In this document: positions 28,603 through 41,260 of the stretch, in pieces
Layout of the letters: each line of letters begins with the position of its first letter
How positions within the stretch are numbered: position 1 is the first letter of the stretch
From: an uncultured bacterium
Lineage (GTDB): Bacteria > Auribacterota > Erginobacteria > Erginobacterales > Erginobacteraceae
DNA: 64,000 bases
Direction: 5' to 3'
Assembly: GCA_963822585.1 (NCBI GenBank)
Contig: CAWGIE010000036.1
Span: forward strand, 128,001 to 192,000
The notes under the pieces: model-generated
Database searches by the model: none
Seen by the model: the letters and a program-made list of their open reading frames with translations, nothing else
Told to the model about the DNA's origin: nothing
Program-made: the position numbers and the translations under genes

Positions 28603-29772
28603 TCATGATCTTCGTGGATTAAATATTATCGTTGATTCATAACTGGATTTCTCACGAGATCTTTCGAGCAGCGTCCATCTACCAAGCATCCGTTTGAAGA
28701 GTTCTTCGTACTGATCGGTGATCTTCTCCCAGGTGTACGCCTCCCTGATTCTCTGCGGGGCCCGGCGGCGGAACTCCTCAACCCGCTCGGGATGATCTTC
28801 CAGAAACTGGATTTTCTGCCGCAGGTCCTCCCTGTCCTTCCGAAAAAGGAGACCATAATCAAGGATGACTTCCCGGTTGAAGGGGACATCCAGCGCCAGA
28901 ACGCAGTTCCCGAACCCCAGCGACTTGAGGAGGGAGGGGTTGGTCCCGCCGACGGAATGCCCGTGGATGTACGCGTAGCAGTTGCAGTGGAGTTCCTTGA
29001 TGACCTCGTTGCTGTCGATGTGCCCCAGCGTTATCACCCGGGGGTCGGGGAAGGCCTTCAGTTTTTCCATCAGGGGACTCTGGTAATTCGCTCCCCCGGC
29101 GATCACCAGTTTTCGGGAAGTTTTGATCTCCGAAAAGGCCTCCACGATTAAATCGGGATGATTCTCGGGGATGATCCTGCTGGCGATCAGGTAATACTCT
29201 CCCGGCTCCAGCCCGTATTCCGCAAGGACACCGGGATTCGCGGAGGTCTCGATATAAGCACCGTAGGCGATGAAGACGGAGGGCACTCCGAACTCCTCCA
29301 GGTAAATCCTCTGCATCTCCAGGGAGTCGTTGACGATTTCCTGGCAGAAAACGGTCGCGCAACGGGCGGCCGCCTTGAAATAGGCCCGGGCGATCGGTCC
29401 CCACTTTCCCCGGGTCCACTCCAGTCCGTCCACGTTGATGGCAAGCTTTCTTCCCAGCAACCGGGGAAGGATACAATGAAAACCATTTCCCGGATTGACA
29501 AAAAAGAGCACGTCATACGGGCGCATGACGGCGTCAAGGACCGAAACCAGGGTATGGGTGAGGGTGCCCAGGTTCTTGGTCTCGATCGAGGGGAGATATC
29601 GCAGACGGACACCCTGAAACCTCTCCGGGCGGCGGGCGAAAAGGCTCTTCCGGCAGTAGACTGTTACTTCATGGCCCTTGGCCGCCAGCCGGGGGGCCAG
29701 CTCACCGACGAACGTCTCGTAACCGCTGTACGTGGAAGGATACCCCCGGCATCCAAGAATGGCGATACGCAT
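28603..29772 (-). CDS. GT4 glycosyltransferase (DUF1972-type)
   Basis: GCRGYPSTYSGYETF, NVDGLEW.R.KW, HGHSVGGTNPSLL. Confidence 0.92.
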   Translation of the reverse strand: MRIAILGCRGYPSTYSGYETFVGELAPRLAAKGHEVTVYCRKSLFARRPERFQGVRLRYLPSIETKNLGTLTHTLVSVLDAVMRPYDVLFFVNPGNGFHCILPRLLGRKLAINVDGLEWTRGKWGPIARAYFKAAARCATVFCQEIVNDSLEMQRIYLEEFGVPSVFIAYGAYIETSANPGVLAEYGLEPGEYYLIASRIIPENHPDLIVEAFSEIKTSRKLVIAGGANYQSPLMEKLKAFPDPRVITLGHIDSNEVIKELHCNCYAYIHGHSVGGTNPSLLKSLGFGNCVLALDVPFNREVILDYGLLFRKDREDLRQKIQFLEDHPERVEEFRRRAPQRIREAYTWEKITDQYEELFKRMLGRWTLLERSREKSSYESTIIFNPRRS

Positions 29773-30064
29773 CTTTCTTTCCTGCTTGTTCGGTTGCTTA
29801 CCGCAACGCCCTTCGGCGATACAGGTGCCTGATCAAATAAGGAGTAATGGAATAATGGAGTACTGGAGTGATGGATTCCTGCCCTATTACCACTCGCCTG
29901 TCCAGATGCACAATCGTGAAGATTATAGTCACTGTACAGATTTTCTCTGAAATTGCAACGGAGATTACCGTTCCGGAACCGGGGAAGAAGTTCAGGAGAT
30001 GGAGAGAGAACAGGCTGTCGAACGGGGATTCAGGTGAGGGAAGAGATACGGTGCCCGCAAAAGA

Positions 30065-31525
30065 TCAGTATGCCCCGCGGCCGTTGATGATCGCTCCGAA
30101 GGTCTTGAAGAGGATCTTGAAATCGAGGCCCAGCGACCAGTTGTTCACATAGGCGAGGTCAAGCTTCATCCACTCGGGGAAGTCGAGCAGGTTTCTGCCG
30201 TTGATCTGCCAGAGACAGGTGATCCCCGGTTTGATACTGAATCTTCTCTTCTCCCAGCGGTCGCATTTTTCTGCTTCCGCGATGGGGAGGGGGCGCGGCC
30301 CGACCAGACTCATATCTCCCTTGAGGACGTTGATGATCTGGGGGAGTTCGTCCAGGCTGAACCTTCTCAGGAGCCGGCCGATCCCGGTCACCCGGGGATC
30401 GTTCTTTATCTTAAAGACGGGGCCGTTCATCTCATTGGCGCCCATGAGATGCTCCTTCTGCAATTCCGCGCCGTCGCACATGGTCCGAAACTTATACATC
30501 TTAAAGTGGAGACCGCGAAAGCCGGCTCTTTTCTGATGGAAGATGACCGGCCCGCGGGAGCCGAGTTTGATCAGGATGCCGATGAGAAGGAAGAGCGGAG
30601 CGAAAAAGAGAAGCAGTACCGCGGCCACGATCCGGTCGATGGTCCGTTTGAGAAGCATGGCGACAAAGTTGTCGGGGTTGGGCTGAAAAGAGATCAGGTT
30701 GGCCCATCCGAAACGCTCCATGGTGGGATGGATCTGACCGAATTTCGGTTTCGGTTCACCGACCGCCATCCGGATTCTAACCTGGAGCTCCTGGCCCAGA
30801 CGGATGATATTGTTCAGACTCACGCCCATCTTCCCGTTCGGGAAGATCACTACCTCGTCGATGATCTGGTTGTTGAGGAGGATCTTTTCCCAGTTGCTGA
30901 TCCGGCCGATGATCTTCACGCCTTCCACCGTGTCCCCCGGTTTCAGCGAGGGTTCATCGGTCAGGAGGCCGAAGAGATTGATGCCGCAGGGCCATTCTTC
31001 CCGCAGAGCGGCGATGAACTCGAGCGCGGCGGGACTGTTGCCGATCAGGAGAATCTCCCGGTGGGGCTGGGAGCGCGCCAGCAGACGCTCGAATCCGATC
31101 TGTTTCAGCAGGGCGAGAGTATAACTGATCAGACCGAAGAGGATGACGATCAGACGGCTGGTCTCATGGCTTCGACTGGCGAAAGAGAAGGCGATAATCA
31201 GGATAACCAGCTGGATGATCGCCCTGGCTGTCGGCCAGGCAAGGTGCCCCACCGGCGCCCGGGAGGGGAAGGAATGGGCGCGGTTAAGATACAGGAGGCT
31301 GGGGACGCCCAGGGCAACCACCGGGTAAAGCCAGACGGGGATGGAGAGTAAAACCAGCCCCAAATCATGGGAAGCAAGATACTGAAGGTAGATGGCATTT
31401 CCCAGGTGTACCGACATCCAGAGAGCGGCCACGCCGATCAGCCCTTCAATAATAAAACTTAAAATGTAATAGCTGGTATATTTCCTGATCATCTCATCCG
31501 GCTCGATTGGCGACGTAATTAACAA
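30065..31525 (-). CDS. Priming polyprenyl-phosphate sugar-1-P transferase (WcaJ/WbaP-like)
   Basis: N-terminal TMs; KFRTM, DPRVT..G..LRRFSLDELPQ, SLVGPRP, KPGITC. Confidence 0.93.
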   Translation of the reverse strand: MLITSPIEPDEMIRKYTSYYILSFIIEGLIGVAALWMSVHLGNAIYLQYLASHDLGLVLLSIPVWLYPVVALGVPSLLYLNRAHSFPSRAPVGHLAWPTARAIIQLVILIIAFSFASRSHETSRLIVILFGLISYTLALLKQIGFERLLARSQPHREILLIGNSPAALEFIAALREEWPCGINLFGLLTDEPSLKPGDTVEGVKIIGRISNWEKILLNNQIIDEVVIFPNGKMGVSLNNIIRLGQELQVRIRMAVGEPKPKFGQIHPTMERFGWANLISFQPNPDNFVAMLLKRTIDRIVAAVLLLFFAPLFLLIGILIKLGSRGPVIFHQKRAGFRGLHFKMYKFRTMCDGAELQKEHLMGANEMNGPVFKIKNDPRVTGIGRLLRRFSLDELPQIINVLKGDMSLVGPRPLPIAEAEKCDRWEKRRFSIKPGITCLWQINGRNLLDFPEWMKLDLAYVNNWSLGLDFKILFKTFGAIINGRGAY

Positions 31526-31540
31526 TATATAAAGGAATAT

Positions 31541-31557
31541 AGCAACTACCGTGCCAA
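31541..31557 (-). promoter_or_regulatory. Sigma54 (-24/-12) promoter
   Basis: Minus strand TTGGCACGGTAGTTGCT. Confidence 0.88.
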
Positions 31558-31724
31558 ACCGGAGAGAAAGGGAAATAACGTCATAAGCGATTTATAATAA
31601 ATAAAATATAACTTGACAGGAACTGCGCTTCAAAACGGAGGGGTGTCAATAACCACCCTGTTTGGGGAGAATTCGCGAAGAGAAGAGTGTCAAAATGGCA
31701 TCATTAATCAGAACCAGGGGGATA

Positions 31725-33644
31725 TCATCCCCGGTGCATTTTTTGGTTCTTCGTCGGGAACGGGAGAATCATCCCGATCGCCTCTTGAACATCTCGGAGG
31801 CCGATTACATCCATACAAGCACCCCGCGGGGTGGCTGAATAAGGGCACTTCAGCTGCAGGCAGGGGCTGCAGGGGAACCTCTGGTAGACAGCATGAAAAT
31901 TTTTCCGATCCGGGCGAGTCAAGTCCGGTCTCATGGGGCCGTAGAGCGCGACAATGGGGATCGCGGCCGCCGCGGCGAGGTGCATCAGCCCCCCTTCCAC
32001 CCCGATGAAAAGCTGGCACGCATGGCAAAGGGCGCCCACCTCCAGGAGGGTTGTCTTCCCCGATAGATTGACCGGTTTGTATTTCATCCGTTCTTCTATC
32101 TCCCGGATCAGACCCGCGTCTTCCCGGCCGCCGACCAGGATCACTTTACCGTCGTACGATTCCATGATCCAGTCGGCCAGGCCGGCGAATTTCTCCGGTT
32201 CCCAGGTCCGAAGCCGGCTCCGGGCCGAGGGGGAAAGGATCACCTTGAATTCATTCCTACCGAGGTTTTCCCTCCGCAGCAGAGCGGCAACCGAGTCGCT
32301 GTCTTTCTTCCCCCACCAGATCCGGGGTGAAGATGATTTCATTTCAATCCCCAGGGCCCAAAGCAATCGTCGGTTCTTCTCCATCTCGCTCAGGGCAAAA
32401 AAGCCAGGAGAGGGAATGGCTGCCGTTAGCAAGCATCCTCCCCCGGAACGATCGTAAGCGACGCGTTCTTTCACTCCGGGGAGGAATAAAAAAAGCAGGA
32501 TATGCCGGAGATCGCCCCGAAGGTCGATCCCGATATCGAAATGTTCCGCCCTGAGTTCCCGAAGGAGTTTTAAGTAGCGGCTCGTATAAGATACGATCCC
32601 TGCGCCCTTTCCTCTTTTCCCGGACCACCAGGGGCAGTCCAGTGTGACAATTCTATCGACGAATGGGTTGTGCCGGAGCAGTTCCGCGGCCCAGGGGCCG
32701 ACCAGAACCGTCAGCCGGGCCCGGGGATATCTCTCTTTCAGCGCCTGGTATACGGGGGTGGAGAGCAGCACGTCCCCGATATGATCGGCCCGGACGACCA
32801 GAATACTCCTCGGTGGCCGACGCCGAGGCTCCTTCCGAGAAACGATACCCATATTAAGTTTACGAAGAATGCGTACCGGGGCGCAGAGGAGAAGATCGGC
32901 CAGCCGGGCCAGCTGCCTCCGGCCGGGATGGGCGACGGGGGCCGCGGGCAACGGGCCTTTGCGGCCGCGGCAATATAAACTCCATCCCAGCAGATTGTGC
33001 AGACCCACCACCACCCATCGTCGGCGCCGGGTCAACGCCCCGATCAATACGAGCAGTGGAGAAATGACGGCGTAGAGATAATTCCGATAAAGCCCGAACG
33101 TCAGCTCAGCGGGGTAAAAAGGCCGCAGTAAGTCGAGCAGGTCCCGCCGGCGAAAGAGTCTTCGATGGGTGGGATCATCGTAAAAGTTGAGCGGACCGGA
33201 GGCACGATCGGGCAGAAACGTGGACAGGGAGGGGACTTTCAGCGATTTTTCATCCGGCGTCTCCAGATAAAAACACCCCCCCGGTTTTAGCACCCGGAAA
33301 ATTTCCCGCAGCGCCCGTTCCGGATGCTCCAGATGTTCGATGACATGAATCATCGTCACCCCGTCAAAACAGCCATCTGGATAAGGCAAACAGTCTGTCC
33401 CAAGATCCGACTGATGAAAAACCACTCGAGGGGGCAACAGCGGTGAAAAGTCTCGCTTGTCCACCCCGGAGATATTTATGTCCGGGCGAACCGCCATAAA
33501 TCTTCTCAGTACTTTTCCTGAGCCGCAACCCACGTCAAGAAGATTGGCGCCGGGTGGCAGCTGACTGATGAAGTCAACCCTGGTTTCCAGGAAAGGAAAC
33601 CTCTTTAACATGGCATAGAGCGCCTGTAAGATAATTTCTTTCAC
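31725..33644 (-). CDS. Class I methyltransferase fused to GT9 (heptosyltransferase-like) glycosyltransferase
   Basis: LLDVGCGSG...HVIEHL...DDPTH, then RADHIGDVLLSTP...MHLAAA..IP.VALYG. Confidence 0.85.
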   Translation of the reverse strand: MKEIILQALYAMLKRFPFLETRVDFISQLPPGANLLDVGCGSGKVLRRFMAVRPDINISGVDKRDFSPLLPPRVVFHQSDLGTDCLPYPDGCFDGVTMIHVIEHLEHPERALREIFRVLKPGGCFYLETPDEKSLKVPSLSTFLPDRASGPLNFYDDPTHRRLFRRRDLLDLLRPFYPAELTFGLYRNYLYAVISPLLVLIGALTRRRRWVVVGLHNLLGWSLYCRGRKGPLPAAPVAHPGRRQLARLADLLLCAPVRILRKLNMGIVSRKEPRRRPPRSILVVRADHIGDVLLSTPVYQALKERYPRARLTVLVGPWAAELLRHNPFVDRIVTLDCPWWSGKRGKGAGIVSYTSRYLKLLRELRAEHFDIGIDLRGDLRHILLFLFLPGVKERVAYDRSGGGCLLTAAIPSPGFFALSEMEKNRRLLWALGIEMKSSSPRIWWGKKDSDSVAALLRRENLGRNEFKVILSPSARSRLRTWEPEKFAGLADWIMESYDGKVILVGGREDAGLIREIEERMKYKPVNLSGKTTLLEVGALCHACQLFIGVEGGLMHLAAAAAIPIVALYGPMRPDLTRPDRKNFHAVYQRFPCSPCLQLKCPYSATPRGACMDVIGLRDVQEAIGMILPFPTKNQKMHRG

Positions 33645-33653
33645 GGCGACCGT

Positions 33654-34963
33654 TTACGAGGGATTCCGGATCAGGGAATCGAAAATCCGGCCCAGAGTCA
33701 GAGTTTGATTTTTCCTGTTGAAGAGTTCAATTTCCCGCGCGCTGGTCACCGAAGTCAGCTTCTCTTCTGCTCCAAGATCAACAATTCTGGAAATCAATTC
33801 CGTTATCCGGGGAATATCTTCATAAGCAGAGAACAGGTTACAGCCGAGACGCTTTAAGAACCGGACGGTGGCTCCTCCGTCAGCCATGCAGAGAATGGGT
33901 TTCCCGGCGGCCAGGTATTCATAGACTTTCCCCGGGATGGCGGTCTCTCCTCCCTCGTTTTCCCTTTGAAAAACCAGACACACATCGGCTTCGGAGCACA
34001 ATAGGCGGGCTACTTCTCTCGGAGATATGCTGCCCTGGCACCGCACCATATCCCGGACGCCGCTCTCTTCAATTAACTTTCGAATCTGTTCCGGGATAAA
34101 ACCGATAAACCTGACCTCGATCCGGTCGGCCATCCCCGGTCGTAACGCGACGAATTGCTCCAGAGCCTGTAAAAAAAACCAGGGGGTTCGTTTGGGAGTC
34201 AACGATCCGGTGTAGACCAATCTGAGTTTGTCTGTCGGGATCGTCTCCGGTATTTGGCCGGCGGCGAAGTATTCGGGATCAAAACCGTTCCGAATAAGCA
34301 CGTATTTTCCCTCCTCGATATCCCGGTACTTTGATTTAAAAAGGCGAATCGAATCCTCCGAAGCGCAGACAACCCAGCTGCTGCTCCTCACCATCGTTTT
34401 TTCCATTGATTTTTCCAGCTTCCTCTTTAAAGGGCAACGGGAGCTGTAGAGAGGATTGCCCACCCAGTCATCACGATAATCGAGGATATACGGTATCCGG
34501 GTCATTCTATGAAGCAGATAGGCGATCAAATTAGAGGTGAAGGGAGGGGAGGTTGATAATATCAGTTCAATTTTTTCGGAGGCGATGATTTTTAAAGCGC
34601 GGCGGAGGGCGAAGGGCAGCCAGGTAATGTTCCGGTCCGGAATCAACCAGGGCTTGATCAGGAATTTTCCTGCCGGCAGCGTAACACGATCTATCCCTCT
34701 TTTTTGGTGACACCGTACACTTTATCCTTGAATCCCCAGCGGGCCGGCTCCAGACATCCTGTTCTGATGAGAGAGATCTCCCCTCTTAACTCGTCAACAA
34801 GCTCCGCTGTGCGATAGGTATTTTCATAGTATTCGTCTTTCACGGTCAGAACTATCGGGAGATAGCCGGCCAGAGGAAGATATTTAACAAAATTATGGAT
34901 TCGAATAACACCGCCGCCGCCATAGGGAGCAAAGTGATAAGCAATGATCAGTACCTTTCTCAT
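33654..34963 (-). pseudogene. GT4 glycosyltransferase, frameshifted near 34690
   Basis: MRKVLIIAYHFAP.GGGGVIR fragment then IPDR...TSPP...DYRDDW...PGKVYEYLAAGKPI in another frame. Confidence 0.8.
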
Positions 34964-35073
34964 AGTCGATGCCCTTATCTGCTCCATCTTGACATGCTGT
35001 TCATCGTGTTCAAAACCAACCCGTTTTACGAATACATTGGGATAAAGAAACGGTATAAAAATACACCGGCGGT

Positions 35074-36607
35074 TTATTGACCGGTTGCATATTCGCGCTC
35101 AAAGCGGGGCAGGAGTGGCAGCACCCCCGCCAGGAACCAGAAGGAGATGCCGCTCTCATCCAGGAAGGGGATATTGACCATGGCACAGGCTATATAGGCA
35201 CACAGGACACCGAGCATTCCGGCCGCATACCTTCGGGAAAAAGTTTGCTTTCCTTTCAGGATCGAGAGCAGAGCAACAGAAGCAATCTTTACCAATAACG
35301 CGATAAAGAGAAGAAGTCCGGGCAGGCCCAGTTCGAGCCACCTCATCAAAAACTCGTTATGGGGCAGGTAGAAGGACTTGGCGGCAATGCCCGGCCGCGT
35401 GCGCCTCCCGCTACCCACGCCGATTCCCAGCGGATGGACCGAGATCAGACTCAATGACTCCTTCCAGGGCCGTTCCTGCCGGAAAGTGACCGTATCCGCT
35501 TTCATGGGATTGACGAGTTCGGAGAAACGGACCAGTCTCAGATCGTTGGATGATTGAAGAGAGGGGACATAAAACAGAAATACCAGCACGACCACGGCAC
35601 CGATCAGGGCCACGGTCAGACGGTTTTTAGAAATGTTTCCTTTATGTATCCGATGAATAACCAGGTAACGGTTAAGCCGATCGCCAGCATCATCACCGGC
35701 GTCCGCGGAAGCTGAAAGACGGACATCAGAATAATACTGGCATATAAAAGCAGTATTCCCCATCGCCATTTTTTATCGAAGAACCGTAATCCCAGCGCCA
35801 CGATAATAATGAGGATCGCTACCAGGGGGAATAAGAAGGGCATATCTCCGGTAGCAAAGGCAAAGGCCCGAAGACCGGATTTGGCGGCCGGATCCGCGTA
35901 AAAAGTCCCCTTGATGGTCGAGACCCAGAGCGCGTCAAAAGAGGTCATATAGAAATTCTGGTACAAGGCGTACAGGCAACTTATCGTCGCGTAAACGATC
36001 ATGTATCTGAGAAAAATCTTAAGATCTCTCTCCTTCTTAAAAAACTCCCGGGCGAGAAAAAACATCAGGAGGGGAACCAGTTCCTGCTTAAAACCGTAAA
36101 TCCCGACCAGTGCGCTCTGGTTGGGGTTCACTGTCTCCAATAAACACCAGCCCAGGTAGAAAACGACGTATTTATCGGTTGAATATTCCAGGATCCTCTC
36201 CCGGGCCACGACTTTTTTACCGAGATAGAAGGCGCCCAGCATGACAATAGCAAGGCTGACCGAGGTTCTGAACATGTTCCCCAGACCATGCTCCCGCCGA
36301 AAAGAACCCCCGCTGACCAGAAGCAACAACCGTTCCAGAAACGGCTGCAAACTGGTTAAGATGATGGCCAAAAAATGCCGGCCTCGAAATAAGTGAACGC
36401 TACCCACATAAAAATAATACCGAAAATGACCGCCGCGGCCGCGCTGAAAATCCCGGACGTTATAACCAAACTCAGCGCCATTCCCAGAACCAGGATAAAA
36501 ACTACCTGGGCCACAGGGGACTACAGCACTTCCCGATACTGTCCCGCTGTATCGTTGACATGGTGTGACCAGAGTCCCATCGACTTATTTTTTCCCGACG
36601 AAGCCAT
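35074..36607 (-). pseudogene. O-antigen ligase/Wzy-like membrane protein, disrupted
   Basis: Multi-TM fragments, HPLGIGVG and PHNEFL...LELGLPG; in-frame TAG at 36521-36523 and at least two frameshifts. Confidence 0.75.
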
Positions 36608-36696
36608 ATTCCCCACTGATTGCGTGCCGGCCCGTTCCCGAATATGATGGAATATTCCCGGCTGGGCTAAGGTTTTTCCCGGTCTCGCGTATCCGC

Positions 36697-38780
36697 CTAT
36701 AAACGGTGATACCTGACCTCCGCGTTCTCCATTTTCCCGTGGAGCATGGGTTCGCCGCCGTCAGGACTGAAGAGAAAAAAACCGACGTCGATCCAATCTC
36801 GGATTTCCCCTCTCATAGAGATTACCTTACCCTTCTCCTTCCCCATAGTGCCGGATATCCACCCCTCATCCATAGTAATCTCCATCCCCTCTCCGTTTTA
36901 TACCATTATAATCAGAAGGATCCTCCTCCCATCAGATACAATAATCGTAGTATCATTTATCCTGGTCCATCCTGGGTGAAAAATGAAAGGAAGAGGTGAA
37001 CAAATGATTACCTTCCCCCGTGATTGAATCCTTGATTAGCCAGGACTGTTCCTTCCCGTTAAAATAGATTTTTCTTCGTGAGCGGCCGGCCGTTTCAAAT
37101 GTCGCTATCCGTAATGCTCCGCGTCAAAAAAATCGGCGTCGGCAGTGTTTCCCAGCGGTGGCATATCATTAGAGCTTCGTTTTCCAACATAAACGGATTC
37201 CCGTCCACAAATCGGTTTTTGCTCTTCGCCATCAATCATAACTGTATTGTGATACGATGTCCCTCTGAAACACGTCGCTGAATTTGTTCAGTTGCCGGGA
37301 TAGGTATAGCTCCCTGATCAAGATAATATCCCTTCCTTTCAAGTGAAGCTCGAAGGAAAGTTTATCGTCATGACAATGCCCTCCATTCCCGTTCTGCCCG
37401 TTCGGACCGGCGAGATAATCATGTAATCATCGTCGCATCTCATGCAATAGATTCCGGCATCAGAAAAGCGCGACTTTGGAATCGGGGGAAGGCAAGCCCG
37501 GTCAGGCGATCCCATATCCCGTATCTGGGAATAACCAGGAGGAGAAGGGCGGCGGGGGAATATCCGCATTTTCGCACTTTAAATTGCGGTTCCCGGAAAA
37601 ACAGGGCCCGAGATCGACCAGATGCCGATAATCAAGAGCCGGACGGTGCGAGAATCGATTAAGCCGGCGGCTGTCATTGTCGCTGATCTGAGGCATCAAC
37701 GGGTTCGTGTTCAGGCTGCACAGAATGAATTCGACCAGGCGAAATAATTTTCGGAAAAGCCTTCACTGAAATATTTCCGGGCGATTTCCGGTGAATCTCC
37801 CCATTAAAATCATGATCACCCATTACCGCGATCAGCGTGGCGAAGAGGAAACACTCCAGGACCAGGGCATGATAACAGGTCGATGATTCAAAATCCATGC
37901 CATCGTGATACACCTGCCGTTGCATTTCTTTTCTGAGGCCTTGGGGGGCTGTTCTCAGCCATTGTCGGATTTCTTCAATCCGGGAAACAACCCACCAGGT
38001 ATATCAGAATGGTATAATTCTGCGATTGCGTGATTGGAAGCCAGGCTCCCGGGATGGATTCCCAGGTTATTCATAATATATCTTCCGTGGATAACCAAGA
38101 ACTTTAAAAAGAAAACGACAAAATTTTTCGTCAGGGAGGGAGAAGCGGCAAGAAAAAAAAATCCCACGATCCAGTCCGCCGCCCGCATTGCCGCCTCCAT
38201 GGGGCAGCTCCAGTTCACTCCGAAATACGGGGGATTCGGGTAATCTAGTCTTCTATCTCCTGTATCATCTCCCGGGCATATTTTTCATTACCGGCATACC
38301 AGTATGCCTTGCCCAGGTAATGAAATGCTGGCAGCGGCTAAGCTCCCAGGGCACTTTAATATCGTAGCCCCCCGGATCAGCAGCGGGCCCCATCGGTGAA
38401 GAAAGCGCTCTCCTCCCAGCGGTGGCCGTTTATAAAATCTCGATGCCAGTCTATCCGGGGTCCCAGACTCGTCTCTCCGGAGCCCAGAAGATCAAAGATG
38501 CTCGCAGATCCTGTCCGCCGCGGACACGGTCCGGGCTTCCTCATCGGGGAACTGCCGGCGAGAAGAAATACCAATTTCCCTGCTCCTCCACCCTGATGGG
38601 AAAAGCGGAAGAGCAGTGATTTCAGGGCTGCAAATCTCTGTCCCCGGAAAACGGCCTCCTCCAAACTGAACTGAAAGGGGAGAACCGCAAAAACCGCATC
38701 CTCCAACCTGACAGGCGTACTCTTAAAAGGAGAACTATTTTCAACTGGCGCTGAAAAAAAATCTTATCTGCTTCATGCTT
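36697..38780 (-). pseudogene. Heparinase II/III-family protein, heavily fragmented (boundaries approximate)
   Basis: DIKVPWELSRCQH, NWSCPMEAAMR, DGMDFESSTCYH, GHCHDDKLSFEL spread across frames. Confidence 0.8.
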
Positions 38781-38799
38781 TTTTCTTCTAAGCATCGGG

Positions 38800-40277
38800 T
38801 AACCTCACCTCCCCAATCGGCACTTCCGAAGGAGCAAAGCGCCTTTTTCACGAACAATCTCTCTTTCCCGTCGGCTGTAAAAATCTAACCAGAAAAAGTT
38901 GGAAGGGTAAACTGGCTCCCAACAAAAGTTTTACAACCAAAGAAATCCCGATATTTTCAATCGCAATATATCGGGAAAGAATAAACATCGCCACGGCTAC
39001 TGATAAAATCTTAAGAATTCTCTTCCATTCATAAGGTATGTAGTAATAACGCCTGGAGCAACAAAGTATCTGAGCACTGCCCAGACAAAGTAGGAAATGA
39101 GAGTGGCAACAGCGGCGCCCATCATGCCGAAAGGAGGAACAAGGAAGTAGTTTAAAATTACATTCAGCGCGGCGGCGATGATCGTCATGATGGGGATGTA
39201 CTTGGTTTTACGTTTGAGCAGATAACCAACGCTCCAGATGATGTTTACCCCCAGGAGCAAATAGGCCACGGAAATTAAGGGCACTATTTTGTAAGCCGGC
39301 CAGTATGCCGGCGGGGCAATGATTCAATGAGGTCTTCTGCCGGGCACGAAATAAGTAAAACCAGCGTACACCCGAAGAGAAGGAAATACGTCAGTAACCG
39401 GGAGTAATATTCATTCATATTATTTTTACCGGCCACGGAAAATATCATGACATCCCAGATTTTGCGAAACGGTTCGATGAGGAGAATGGAGATTAACATT
39501 CCCAACTTATATCCCAGGGAATAAATTCCCACCTCACTCAAATCGGAGTAATGGGCCAGAAAAAACCGATCGGCCGAAGTTATGACCATCCCGGCCAGAC
39601 TATCGGGGACGAGGGGGACGCTGTAAAAGAGACATTTCTTTAAATTCGCTCCAGGAGAAAGTTAAGGCTAAATCTTTTTTCAAAGGGATGAGTAAGAAGA
39701 CGCTTAACCCGGAAGAAAGTAATCCGCCCAGAACCACCCCCCGGACCCCCAATTTAAGGCAGGTGACCAGAAAAAGAATGGCGCCTAATTGGGTGATAAA
39801 AAAAGGGATGTAAAGAAGGAATACTTCTTCGACGATTTCTGGCTCCGGAATACGGTTAAGCACATGGTTTTGAACGCTTCCAGAAAAGCCGTCAGGAAGG
39901 TCAGATTGAGAAGCCCCTGATAGTCGGGGGCTGCCAAAGATCAAACAGGGAAAGTCTTCCAGAGAAAATAAGACTGAAGCCGAGAAATACGCCGGAAGTA
40001 ACGAGGAATGGTATAGAGCGGTACTGACTACCATCCGGTGGCGATCGGGGGAGGGATAATCGTAATACGACCTGGTCAACCCCGCTCCCATTCCCAGGCT
40101 ATACAGAATGGAAGCGACGGAAAAGACAATCATGAGAATGGAGAGGATCCCGTATTCTGCGGGGAGCAGATATCTGGTATAGACAGGGATCAGGATGAAC
40201 CCCGTCATCTTGATCAGGATGTTGGTTACACCGTAAACCAGATAGTGCTGGAGAGTGTCTTTTATCTCCTGGTATAT
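38800..40277 (-). pseudogene. Wzx-like oligosaccharide flippase, fragmented (3' boundary approximate)
   Basis: LVYG...FILIPVYTRYL.PAEYG, ADRFFL...EVGIYSLGYK, LNYFLVPPFGMMGAAVAT in different frames; ATA where start expected after GGAGG. Confidence 0.8.
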
Positions 40278-40281
40278 GTCT

Positions 40282-41260
40282 TTACCCTCCCCCAGTAATA
40301 GGTACCGGTTCGGGCGAGTCTGTCCAATCCAGCTCGCAGCAGTTTGTGACGTTGATATCTTCCGGCCGGCCGAGTAAATCCAGAAGATGTCTCGGGACCG
40401 GTACATACCGCAACCAGGGAATTATCAAGCCGGAGGGAGCTTTTTTCCTGAGGATTTTGCTGAATGCGAAAACCGGGGTCAAGTAAATCCCGTATATGGG
40501 GAGTGATGGAAGTCTTTTCCTTGCTGAGCGGAGGGGGGTGTTGCCCGTCCCAGGCCACACTTCACGCAATCGATCAACCGGGAACCGAATGGCACGCCAT
40601 AGATAAACCGTTTCATCTTTCTCCTTGTTCTGACCAGGAATGTGCGGAATCGCTTGCCCGCGCGCCGGTTTTCACGGTTCAGCGCCAACCAGTCATTCCT
40701 GCGACATAGCTGTTGATGGAGCATCACTCCTTTAAAATACCGGTGCAGCAGAATCCTCTGACTCACCGGGGCTAAGCTCATGGAACATCATCCATATGAC
40801 CGAGCGAATGATTCTTATTGGGGGTGGAACACAAGAAGGTCCCCTCCGGTTTCAACGATCGTCGGATTTCATGGAGATAGCCACTGCGGTCAATGATATG
40901 TTCTATGGTTTCAAAGGAGGTGACGAGATCGAAAGTCCGGGTGCGGAAAGGCAATGCACCGCAATCCGCTTGAATAAAATGGAGATTGGGGGAGGGGTAA
41001 TTTTTTCTGGCAAAGACTATCGACTCCAGGGAATTGTCAACTCCGACTACCGTTTTCCCGGACTTGCTTAAATGATCAGCCCCATAGCCGACACCACAAG
41101 CCACGTCAAGAATGACGTTATGCCGGGAGAAACGGGAGGCAAAAACATATCTCCAGATATGCTGTTGGGCAAGCCATGGCAAGCAGTCGAGCAGCTTTTC
41201 GAATTTTTTAAAAGGCATCCGCACTCCCTTCTCTTCGCGAAATATCATCCCCGATGACAT
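40282..41260 (-). pseudogene. Class I methyltransferase, frameshifted C-terminal half
   Basis: RY.FA, ILDVACGVGYG, SFETIEH, STPN then HELSPGE..ILLHRYF in shifted frames. Confidence 0.7.

Noticed and set aside
36521..36523. Pyrrolysine or amber readthrough
   Set aside because: No pyl genes in the window, and the same gene also has frameshifts, so decay or error is simpler.
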